A stretch of DNA of 64,000 nucleotides from Pseudovirgaria hyperparasitica (Eukaryota), in the NCBI GenBank assembly GCA_010093815.1, contig ML996568.1. One strand, given 5' to 3'. Position 1 is the stretch's first letter, and each line of letters opens with the position of its first letter. Positions 53,147-64,000 of the stretch are shown here, piece by piece. The notes under the pieces are model-generated. The model ran no database searches, was not told the DNA's origin, and worked only from the letters and a program-made list of their open reading frames with translations. The position numbers and the translations under genes were made by a program.

Positions 53147-54471
53147 TGTTGTGTAGATTCAATGGTGTGGCGACGCGTGCTAGGACATGATGTGAAAGCT
53201 GGGGAAACTTTTTGATAGTGGGGCCTGATCCATTGCTGGTGGTGGAGTTGAAGCCTTATACTTCTGCCTCAGGCTGACAGGCAGGTCCCTTGTTGTGGAG
53301 GCTAATGCATAGGATTGCGGTCTTAAGACGAATATGACTGAATAATGACCTCTTTAAGGTCCTATAAAAACAAGCAACTCATCATCCAATAGCTATATCT
53401 GGCGGGACGTGGGCTTAAGGTCTATAAGATGTTTGAGCAAGGCAACTCCTCCCTCCTTCATCTCGTAGATTCAAGTGTAACAGCCTAGATTCATACACTG
53501 TATACCAATGTCTGAGACCGCTCCCCGAGTCGTTTCGTATCAATGGTAACCTCCGCATTAGATTATTTGGCCCTGACGTCAAGCATCCAAATACGCCAGG
53601 ATACAAATATCCGTCATCCTCTCCTCCACCCGTATCTCATGCCGTCTAAACATCTTCACCGTAATCATCCTCAGCTTCATTCACGTAATTTTCTCACATC
53701 ATCGCTCTGTATACACTCTCGAGCCTCGGCTGAACGTCGCAAGCCATTCATTCATGTATGCGGGTCAACCAAGACTCAAGTCTGTTTTTCTCCATCTTAG
53801 GCTCCGTCCTCTTGTCTCGCGATCCGCAAACCTCTCCAGTCCTTCGGAAGCCACGGACTACGCAGGACACAAACTGATTCGCGTCAGGCTACATCCTGAT
53901 GATGCAGACATCGTTTGGTGTCCAGCCATAGCAGACTGGTAGAGCAAAACAATTGCGCAAGTTCCAGCTACGATTTTGTACAAGATTTCATTTGACGGGG
54001 ACTAGGCATGTACTGTAAAAAAGCCGAACCTCTATTCAAAGATGAATCACGATACCATGATGGTGTTGAATATTCCGCGTTCCGAAAGAAAAGCCCGTAG
54101 CCGGCCAAAGTCCCGGTCTTCGCCGACGCGGACCCACAGTATCACGCAAATGATCTCGACTTTGATTATTTCCAAAACGCATCACAGGCCCATGCATTGC
54201 ATTTATCAACATCCGACCACGCTCGTGCGCAACCGTTGATAAGCTCTTAGACGCGATTTTCTCGCGATGCCGAGGCACCTCATGACGCGCTTTTGTCACT
54301 CACATGGTGGCAACCGCGCCCCTTAATATAGGCATCATAGAAGCATGCTATGCTCCTGTTGCTTTGTCGACACGTTATAGATTTACTTTTTGCGTAAATC
54401 AGGCTCAGATAGCCTTCTTGTCCCTCTGACCTTTCGAGATTTGTTGCATATATTTCAACTTGCCATAGACG

Positions 54472-55490
54472 ATGTCAAACTCAGGCAACTATGAGGCCGT
54501 AGCGGCTGATATCAAGAAGCTGCTACACCAGCCTGAATACGACGATGGGAGTGCTGGGCCTGTTCTTGTCCGTCTAGCATGGCATAGCGCAGGCACATAC
54601 GATGCGGAGACCGACACTGGCGGCTCTAACGGCGCCGGAATGCGCTACGAGGTACGTGGTCCCTCGTCCGTCCTCATGTGGGACAATCTCTAAGTCAATC
54701 CCAGGCTGAAGGCGGTGATCCAGCCAACGCTGGTCTCCAACATGCGCGTACGTTCCTCGAGCCAGTTAAGGAGAAGCATCCGTGGCTTACGTACGCCGAC
54801 CTGTGGACGCTCGCCGGCATCATCGCCATCAAAGAAATGGACGGACCAACTATACCATGGAAACCCGGTCGCACAGATTATGTCGATGACAGCAAACTCC
54901 CACCTCGTGGTCGACTCCCCGATGGCGCACAAGGCGCTGACCACGTTCGCTTCATATTCTACCGCATGGGCTTCAACGACCAAGAAATCGTGGCGCTGAG
55001 CGGAGCTCATAATCTCGGCCGCACGCACAAGGATCGCAGCGGCTTCCATGGACCGTGGGTGCCTAACCCGACACGTTTTTCGAACCAATATTTCCGATTG
55101 ATGGTAGAATTGGAGTGGAAACCGAAGACTTTGGATAATGGTGTCAAGCAATTCGTGCACTACGATGAGGATCTAGATGAGGAGTTGATGATGCTGCCGA
55201 GTGATCTGGCGCTGATTCAGGATAAGGAATTTGCGCCGTGGGTCAAGAAGTATGCCGCAGACAAGGAGCTGTTCTATCGAGATTTTTCGGCCGCGTTTGC
55301 GAAGCTCGTTGAGCTGGGAATCAAGCGTGACGAGAGCGGGAAGATTGTCAATGCGGACAATGTGAAGGGTGGATATATATCAGCGCCGAAGAAGAGTAAT
55401 ACACCTGGCAAGCCTCAGTCATCGGGTGACGGGGCGTCGGAGCCTTTGAAGAGAGAAAACGAGGAGTTCAAGGAGAGGGCGAGGTTGTAG
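54472..55490 (+). CDS. Class I heme peroxidase (cytochrome c/ascorbate peroxidase family) with PTS1-like C-terminus; intron 54652-54704
   Basis: [27 protein letters not shown] and LMMLPSD motifs. No mitochondrial presequence; ends in ARL. Confidence 0.92.
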
Positions 55491-56721
55491 AGCTTAGAGC
55501 TTAGTGGCTTTGTGCGACGTTATAGAGCACATATAGATTAAAAACTGTGTACCACATAGATCGTCGAAGGCATAAATCGGATATAGACATAGATGTGAAC
55601 CTCATATCTTACAACCCTTCCGACCTTCTTTGTGGCGATCGCGCTGTGTTTACCTTAGTCCACCAAATCTTGAAGCAGGCAATCTGTTGCGGCTCACCTG
55701 TATGCCTTTATACCTCAGGCATTCATATTCCCATATATCAACAAGCGAGTCTACTTCGCTGCTTGTGATTGAAAATGGCAAGTCGATCGACAATAGCGCA
55801 ATCGTTGGACATCGCGCAGATACAAACCTTACCCTCGGAATAATGAGAGGGGCCTTGGGCATTAGTTCAGGCTAGGCTTAGATAGTATTAGGTGGGCAAG
55901 CACGTCGTCTTCCAAGGTTGATAAAGGGTGATCGACATTCGAGGGGTTTATGTTGTACCGTGAATACGCAACTACTTGGACATCGCTTTTTTCGCGCCAT
56001 CTGGTAATTGAATATCAAATATGTCATTTATACTGAATGAGAAGCGTCTACTTCATTGCCATAGATCTCAGTACAGCGAGGCAATCGACGCTTGCACAGT
56101 GAAGCTTTACAGATAGATCTACAGAGTGAGTTCAGACCGTGCGATACTATGTGACCCTCATTATCGCATCTCTCGGCGTAAGGCAGCCACCTGCCCTGTC
56201 CATATTCGAAATACAAGGGCCAAGCACTTCAAAACGCTACGTCCCTGCAGACATCATCGTGGGATGACGTACGGAATTGATTTCATAGTTGGCGCCGTCG
56301 AGCGCCTGTGTATTCGACACGCCTAAAGTGCCAAAGCATAAAATCGCAGCTACGGCCTTGAGATCGCAGATCCCAGACTATGCCAGCCCTGACATTGATT
56401 TCTACCGGAAATGTGGCCTGTCAATCGCTGGCTAGAAATAAACCTCGACGCTAAATCTGTTACCGTTCCGCCTAAGCAGTAGTGGGAGCGGCCCACGAGA
56501 CCGATACGGGCTCTCGGATCACACACTAGTGCCTTTATACCCTTTCGCCGAAATTTTTAGAGCCCTGAAGGATTGACTCTAGTGCTGATAATGAAAAGGG
56601 CAAGTCAACTAAAAGTTCGGCGCCAACCTTGTTGTGTACCTTATAAGATCTGACAGGCAGGCATATCCTTTTCCCATGTACAGTTTCACAATCCTGTACC
56701 TCGTTTTCAGCAGTATTCGAC

Positions 56722-58162
56722 ATGGCGTCTGATCTTAGTCCGACGCAAAGAGCGAAGCTCGAGAGTGACGACTTGGGTCAAACAACGCTTGCAATTGTCA
56801 TTGCGTTTGAAGTCGGCGCTCTGGTCGTTGTGCTTATGAGGTTTTATTCACGTATGGCAGTAACGAAGGGGTTGGGGAGGGATGATTGGTTGATGCTCGT
56901 CGGCATGCTGTTTTCGATCGGGATGGGCGTTTGTCAGATAATGCGTGAGTGTTCGCGCCTCGATGTGAGGAGTCTGGCTGACTGCATGTAGAGGTTCAAT
57001 GGGGCTCTGGGAAACATGTTCAATTTCTGTCGCCGTACCAACTGCAGAAGCAGAGATTTGTGAGTAGGATCGAGGACCTTTTTCGACGTTTCGATCAGCC
57101 TACTAACTGTTGATAACAGTACCTATACTGGAGCATAGCTCTTTATGGTGTCGCTATTACATTCACGAAGCTCAGTATTCTTCTCTTGTATCGACGCATT
57201 TTCCACGCCTCGAAGAGCCTTATGTGGGTCGTGTGGATTCTTGGTTCGTTCGTCCTGTGCTTTGGACTCTCGATTGTGTTTTCTGGACTTTTCACATGCA
57301 CGCCGGCGAATGGGTTCTGGAATTTAAGCGTGAAGGCAAAATGCGTCAATATGTTTGCGTGAGTACAGCATGAAAGTCGGCTACAGACCTAAGCTAACGG
57401 CTCCTAAGGCTCTTTGAAGCCAATGCTGCCATCAACATTGGTACAGACTTCGTCATCACTGTATTACCTCTGCCTAGCATATGGCGACTTGGTCTCCCAA
57501 TCCACCAGAAGATCGGTGTGAGTTTCATTTTCGCCATCGGGTGGTTGTGAGTTGTCCTGTCCCTTGAGGCACTGTTCCAGTCTGACCAAAGTGATAGCGT
57601 TTGTGCAGTATCAGTCTTACGCCTGTACTCACTCATCCGATTCGCACACAACTTCACCGACGCATCTTATTACGGCTCCATGACAGCCTGGTGGTCCTGT
57701 ATTGAAGTCAACACTGCAATCATCGCCGCATGTATGCCTCCGCTCCGTGCGCTCATAGCCGAGCGATTTCGCGACCTCCGAAAATTAAGCTACAGAAGTA
57801 TGCGATCGTTCCGACAAGGCAGTCAAACAACAGCCAACACTGATCGCACGCGCGTTTATCCCTTGTGCGAAATACCAGAGGAGCTCGCGCTGACGCCACG
57901 CCAACTTGAAGCTGTGCTGCCGAGTCCGGAGCCAAGTGAGCCGTCGATACATGAGGATGAGGAGGACAAGGAGGAGAAGAAGGTGGCGTGGAATAGAACT
58001 CCCAAACTATACTCACAGACCAATGGGAGTCGTGGTATACTAAAGTCGCCAGCGCCGAGCTTTCATCCCAGGAGGACCGATCCGGTGCAGCTGGCAATTG
58101 AGAGACAGCAGGAGAGCCTTCGGATGCAGTCCGGCTGGCTGGCTGAAACTTCTGATGGTTGA
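56722..58162 (+). CDS. PTH11-like integral membrane receptor without CFEM (about 5 exons)
   Basis: VVLMRFYSR...GRDDWL, GSGKH, KLSILLLYRRIF, CTPANGFW, DFVITVLPLP and WSCIEVNTAIIAACMPPL. Confidence 0.85.
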
Positions 58163-58636
58163 AACGTGTGTAGACGAACCATGACGCTGTCTCCGAAGAC
58201 TCAATCCGAGTTCCTCGATAGGATTTCGGTGCCGCTGATCGTCGCTATCGAACGTTCGCGCTTGTGCGTCACCCCCGGCGCTGGGCCTCAGCTGCTCTGG
58301 TATAGAGATGTGTGCTAGTCCCCGGGAATACAGACGAACTTCAGGCTGTGTCTGAATGACATCAGAGGCAGCACAGGACTGATATACTGTAACTATGTGT
58401 TTTTCACGATTGCATGATAGGAACCAAGGGTATTATGTGACGTATGACCGTCTCGTACTTATGCATCATAAGCATGCCCCTCACTCATACTTTCACGTGA
58501 CTATAAAAAAGACCTGCTCAGCCTCGTCGCAATTGAAAGTCTCTGCTGATCTATCCTCACCTCTCTATTGCCATTACTTTTGAGCCTGGACCGTGATCTC
58601 TATTCTCCTCACTTCTCCGCCAGCAGGGTCATCACA

Positions 58637-61600
58637 ATGCGCTTACTCAAAGTCGGTCGCAGTGGATTCAATTTCGCTCCGCCTTGCGATGAAAACAAGG
58701 CTCCGCCATATGCAATTCTCTCTCATGTCTGGGGCCGACCCGAGGATGAAGTCCAATACGATGATATTGGCACTGGTAATTGCAAAAAAAAAAAGCTGGG
58801 TACCAAAAGCTCTGGTTCTGCAATCGCCAAGCCCAAATAGATCATCTGGAGTACTTCTGGGTCGACACGTGCTGTATTAACAAGAGGGACACTTCTGAGC
58901 TCTCAGAAGCACTGGTCTCTATGTTTCGTTGGTACCAAAAGGCTACCAAATGCTATGTGTATCTATCAGATGTCTCGACTACGGTTCATGCCCTGGCTAC
59001 ATCAGAGACAAGTTGGAAGCAGGAATTTCGAATGAGTCGTTGGTTCACTCGGGGCTGGACATTACAAGAGCTTATAGCGCCACGAACTGTCGAGTTCTAC
59101 TCCAAGGAGGGTGGACGTCTTGGTAACAAGCTCTCACTCGTCGGTGACCTATGCGACCTGACTCACATCGACGCTGATGTTCTCCGTGGTACTACTTCTG
59201 TCAGTGACATTAGTGTTGACCAGATATTTTCCTGGGCATCTGGACGTCAAACAACCCGGGAAGAGGACAAAGCCTACTCACTCCTTGGAATGTTTGGGGT
59301 CTCAATGTCTATCATATATAATGAAACTCTGGAGAAGGCAATGTTCAGGCTCCGAGAAGAGATTTCGAAGAAGTCTGCCCTTCAAGGCCGATATACGCCT
59401 GGAGCCGTTAAGGAACTATTGGCCAGTTTGAAATTCGACGAGTACGGAGCACGTCAACGATCAATCAAAGCGGCCCATGCTAGGACCTGCAAATGGTTCC
59501 TGGAGCTTCCATCTTATAAAAGATGGCTAGAGCATCAAGGCACAGACAACCAAGGCTCATTGATATGGATCAGGGGTAAGCCAGGAAGTGGAAAGTCCAC
59601 CTTGATGAATTTCCTCGACTGTACCAGAAAAAATAACATCACGGGTGATTGAATCCACTTGTCATTTTACTTCAATGCGCGAGGTACAGAGCTGGAAAAA
59701 ACGACCATCGGCGCATACCGTTCCCTCCTTGTCCAGCTTCTAGAGAAGGTTCCATCGCTGCGTTCGGTGTTGGCTGCCGTAGACTTCGGGTCAACCCGTG
59801 GGCCTTTTGGAGAATGGGAATTGGAGCCGTTAAAATACCTCTTATTCACGGCCGTTGAGAATCTCCAGCATCAATATGCTCTATGCTTCATTGATGCTTT
59901 AGACGAATGTGGCGAGGCTGAGATCCGAGACATGGTCTACTTCCTTAAAGAGCTTTGCGAGGTTGCAACAACCTCAGACTGCCAAATACGAATATGTTTT
60001 GCCAGCAGACACTATCCTAATATTACTCTTCAAGAAGCCGAGAGCATCATACTTGAAAATGAAGCTGGGCACTCAGAAGACATTGAGCGATACCTGAGCA
60101 GTATGCTACAGATTGGAAAAACAACTCGTGCCGACATGATAAGAAGAGAAATTCTAAAACGAGCTTCTGGTGTCTTCATGTGGGTCGTGTTGGTGGTAGA
60201 ACTGCTTAACAAAGAATACGACAAGGGCAGACTTGACAAGATAGAGAAAAAGCTCGAGAAGATACCTGACGACCTACATGCCCTCTTTCGCAGTATTATA
60301 GTGAGGGATTCTACGGGAAATGATAAACTAGAAGTCTGCTTACTGTGGGTCCTGTTTGCTCAGAGACCACTGAGTGCTCAAGAGTTGGTCATGGCGATCC
60401 TGCATAAAGTTGAGGGCACTATTCCGAGCTCTTCGGACACAGACACTATGGATATGGAGAAGATAATCGTGGATGCGTCAAAAGGCTTGGCCGAGAAGAC
60501 CAAGGCGAAGAATAATCCCACTATCCAATTTATACATGAGTCTGTCCGTGATTTCCTACTAAACGGTGGTCTCGAGGATGTCAACCCTCGATACGCAACT
60601 GACCCCGTTGGAATGAGCCACGAGACGTTAAAATTACAGTGTGAGAAATATATCGCAGCGGTCAACCTACGCCACTATAAGCCATCTGCTAAAAAGTCAC
60701 GACACGACCACCTTGAAACGCGAGATGCTATCATGAAAAATTTTGGTCTGCTAGGGTACGCGACGGAAAGTATACTATATCATTCGGACAAAGCAGCCAG
60801 ATACGCGATACCGCAAAATAAGTTCATTAAGGAGTTCGAATTCAATCTCTCCGACTGGATTGAAAAGTATAACGCCTGTGAGAGATTTGTAGCTAGAGGT
60901 TATGGACGGGAGACACGAATGGCATACGTTCTCGCGGACAGGGGCTATGCACGTCTCATTGCCCATCACATTGTCGGTGATGCATATGTGGCGCTCGATA
61001 ATAATTGTCGGTATAAGCTACCGCTTATAGCTGCACTTGCACAGGGTCACAAAGAAGCCGCCATATCACTTCTAAGAGTTCGTGTAGAGCACGCTGAAAC
61101 GGAACACCTACGTCAGCTATGTAAGGTATATGCAGCTTCAAACGACTGGCGCGGCAAATTCAAAAAGGGGGTCGAGTATACCCAGGGCAACATGAGTCTT
61201 CCTACAATTGACCATGCCAATGATGCTTTGCTTAACTTCATTGCTGAGGCAAATGACTATCCATGGTCTCGCTGTGATCGAGACAGATGTATAGTAGCAG
61301 CCGCAAATCGAGGTCACCAACGGCTCACCTTTATGTTTTTAAAAGAGATGCCTGGACGTGCTTCAGAAGCCTTCACAGCAGCCGCTTCGCGTGGTCACCG
61401 AGGTTTGGTAAGCGCAATCTACAGTGACTATAGGGATCAGCTTGGTAGATTTACAATCAACCATGTCCTCGATACTGCACATGAAAGTCGCCATGACGAA
61501 ATGGTTGAACATCTATTCGGGCTTGGAATCGATATTAGGCAAAAAGACATTCTTATACCATTTGTCGCCAGAGACGACCAAAAAATTGTGCGACGGTTGC

Positions 61601-62097
61601 TCGACCTTGGCGCCGACATCAATGGATTACCCAACCACGCGGTTATCATAGAACCTGGAGGATGTGTCAAGAGTTTCAGAGTAAGCTGTATGCGTGACGT
61701 TACGATATGGTATCATAAGCCGGGCGTGGTACAACAGCGTCCTCCGAATAATGTCAACATGGATAAATATAGCCCTCTTGAATTAGCCTGTTTTCTCGGC
61801 AATGAGAGAATGGTCCGACTACTGCTCGATAAGGGCGCTAGAATAGGCCAGGCACTCCTCGTAACCTTTCTAAGAGACCTTCGATGTGCATCCGGTAGCT
61901 GCCTAAGCATCATGCGAATCCTTTGCGACCACGGTGCCAACCCTAATGACGCCCCAGATAGGATACGGAACGACCTAAAGTTGAAGGTTGCCGAAGCGTA
62001 CAAGACCTCTATAACACCTCCCAACGAGCCTGTTTCTTCAATTCGAGATGGATACTATCATGTCGCATCCGAAAAATTCGGACCCCAGAGGTTTTGA
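58637..62097 (+). pseudogene. HET-NACHT-ankyrin NLR-like gene with a frameshift (A11 at 58784-58794) and an in-frame TGA (59650-59652)
   Basis: HET motifs YAILSHVWG, FWVDTCCINK, WFTRGWTLQEL. Walker A GKPGSGKST, Walker B FIDALDEC, then ASGVFMWV, FIHESVRDFL and ankyrin-like SPLELACFLGNERMVRLLLDKGA. Split across three ORFs with no splice signals at the breaks. Confidence 0.82.
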
Positions 62098-63064
62098 AGA
62101 GGAAGCAGAGCAGGTGGAAGATTCGGATTAAATGAATAATGGCTAATATATTTCATGATATTATGTTCCCAACGAGAATCATCGTTGGAATACGTACTAA
62201 AGAGGTTACTAAGTAGAGATATTCTTTTACTATATGATACTGCTCTGCACATGGATTTATCTCCTGATCCATAGCTCAATATGAAGCTTGAACAACATAC
62301 CCCTTCCAAGTAACACGAAAAGACGTAACAGACGGACTAATTACCTAAATTAAGATATTTGTCGTATCGCAAAAGACTTGAATGGTCCTCTCCTACTCGA
62401 TCCACCCAGTACAACGAAGATCGATTAGTTTCACACTAACACAGCCGAGCTACATTCGTATCCCTGACTAACTTCCGAATTATCCAATAACTCTCTACTC
62501 CAGTCTATCAAAGCTGTTTGTATTACAAGGACTAAGAATAGAGACAGGAAAAAAATCGTGTCCGGGTCCTATCGTCCATGTGCCAGAACGTGATCGAAGC
62601 TATCACGATGGCAAAGCTTGTGTCATGCGCTGTAGGTACGGCTCACTAAGCTTGAGCTTTAGTAATGCCAGAGGAGGGCTTTTGGATGATAGAGAGTTTA
62701 AGAGTAAGCTCTTGTGGTTGAATACAATAGAGGTGAAGATTGTGGTTGGATTATATGGGGCTAACGTGTATAGAATCACTGGCTTGGAGTTCGGTTGTAT
62801 AGAAACAATTTCGATTCCTATTGGGTAGTGCATGGTATTACTAATGTGTTCTACTATGCATTTTTAAGTAAGAACTCCTTGAAGATCGAGATCCTTTATA
62901 CAGCGGGAAATTTTTAGCTTGAAACAAACATTGTGCTCTGCTCAACACCGATCGCTCAATGCAATGTAAGACAAAGAAAATCTAAAAGATCTTGCTCTTG
63001 CTATCCATCTTCGACTTCTTATCGGCGAAGATATAACGTCTAAAAAGGTTTTTTTTAGATCTGC

Positions 63065-64000
63065 CTAGAGTCTCTTCGCAACCTCTCTGAAGTAAATTTG
63101 ATGTCCATTGTCTAGCGGACTTGGTAGATGGTCTAAAATTGTGACCATGTCAGATTTTAACTTGAACTTATACGCGCACCCGGCGTGCACGTTGGTAGAA
63201 TCTTGGTAGGGTATTGCTTTAATCTTTTTGACCTCTTGGCACAGATATAATAAGCTGTGCTTCACATCTTTGGCTTTCGGAATAGGCCACAGTCCCTTTA
63301 GCAGGAGGGCTTTGGTAATACAGCCCATGGTGATAGTGTAGCATTTATCTTTCCTATGTGAAGTGCTGCAGTCCACGCCGGAATAGGCCCTGGAAATTCG
63401 ACTACTCAGGCATTGGAGAACTCTTCCGATAGCATCCTGACGAATTTTTAGAATGTTACCTACGACACAAGCAATTAGCGAACAAGATCTAAATTTTGAA
63501 ATGTAGAGCTATGTGCATACTGATAATTCGTGGAGGAGCATCTATCTTCTTCAAGCTCTCAATGTGCATCCGTATATCATAAGAATTATCTGTTTCGTGG
63601 GTATGAAGGACCATCGTGTGCGCAAGGCTTGAGAAGTAGCTCTCTAGGCCAAAAGCCCAATATATCTTGAAGTGCGCTGGATCTTCAGCGCAGGAGAGCT
63701 CCTGATCTAGGTCCTGGACCCATTTTCGGTAGAATGGAGAGATGGTAGATTGGATCTCAAACTTGTCGACAAACTTTGCCAGGGCAGAGAGCTGTTCCAA
63801 GCTGAGGGAACACTGTGGAATCTTCTTAAAATGACCATTAAGAATGTTTAAGACGATCTCAACGGCATATGGACTCTCCTCGGGCCATTCGACAGAATGA
63901 ACATCTGGTACTACTGTTTGAAGACTCTCTGAGAGTGCCATTGCTAGCATTGGGCCAGCGAGGGCGAGGGCTTTTCGGGAAATGATGAAAGGAACCCTGT
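63065..64000 (-). CDS. Fungal BTB/POZ-like domain protein, 5' end beyond the window; intron 63460-63520
   Basis: FIISRKALALAGPM...EESPYAVEIVLNILNG...LAKFVDKFE pattern. The intron joins ORFs 63489-63950 and 63065-63376 in frame. Confidence 0.7.

Noticed and set aside
53543..54300. Small spliced gene between DPH1 and the peroxidase (GTATGC 53756...TAG 53800)
   Set aside because: Weak branch site and a featureless ~70-aa product.
1..64000. Transposons, CRISPR arrays, rRNA and tRNA genes
   Set aside because: No transposase/RT motifs, terminal repeats, repeat-spacer arrays or cloverleafs were recognised by eye. tRNAscan-SE and a repeat search were not run.

Overview
Eukaryotic DNA from a filamentous ascomycete (Pezizomycotina), judged from short GT-AG introns with CTAAC/CTGAC branch sites and typical fungal gene families. 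It holds about 20 protein-coding loci. Recognisable products: SNF2 ATPase, two tandem LEA-like paralogs, GAS2-domain protein, DHDPS-family aldolase, PtaB/Mfg1, HSL-type lipase, Rox1-like HMG factor, two SGNH proteins, HeLo-pseudokinase, TOK1, ETF-alpha, Rsc8/Swi3, Dph1, a heme peroxidase, a PTH11-like receptor, a disrupted HET-NACHT-ankyrin NLR and a truncated BTB gene. Five observations stand out. (1) A spliced non-coding host transcript, invisible in the ORF track, carries snR190-like and U14 snoRNAs in consecutive 207-nt introns, divergent from ptaB. (2) The NLR has a -1 frameshift at an A11 run plus one in-frame TGA. (3) The HeLo-pseudokinase has an MLKL-like architecture. (4) The HMG factor's C-terminus looks like a degenerate thymidylate-kinase fold. 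(5) Sharp C/A-rich to G/T-rich strand-skew inversions recur regardless of gene orientation. All exon boundaries were read by eye and no searches were run.
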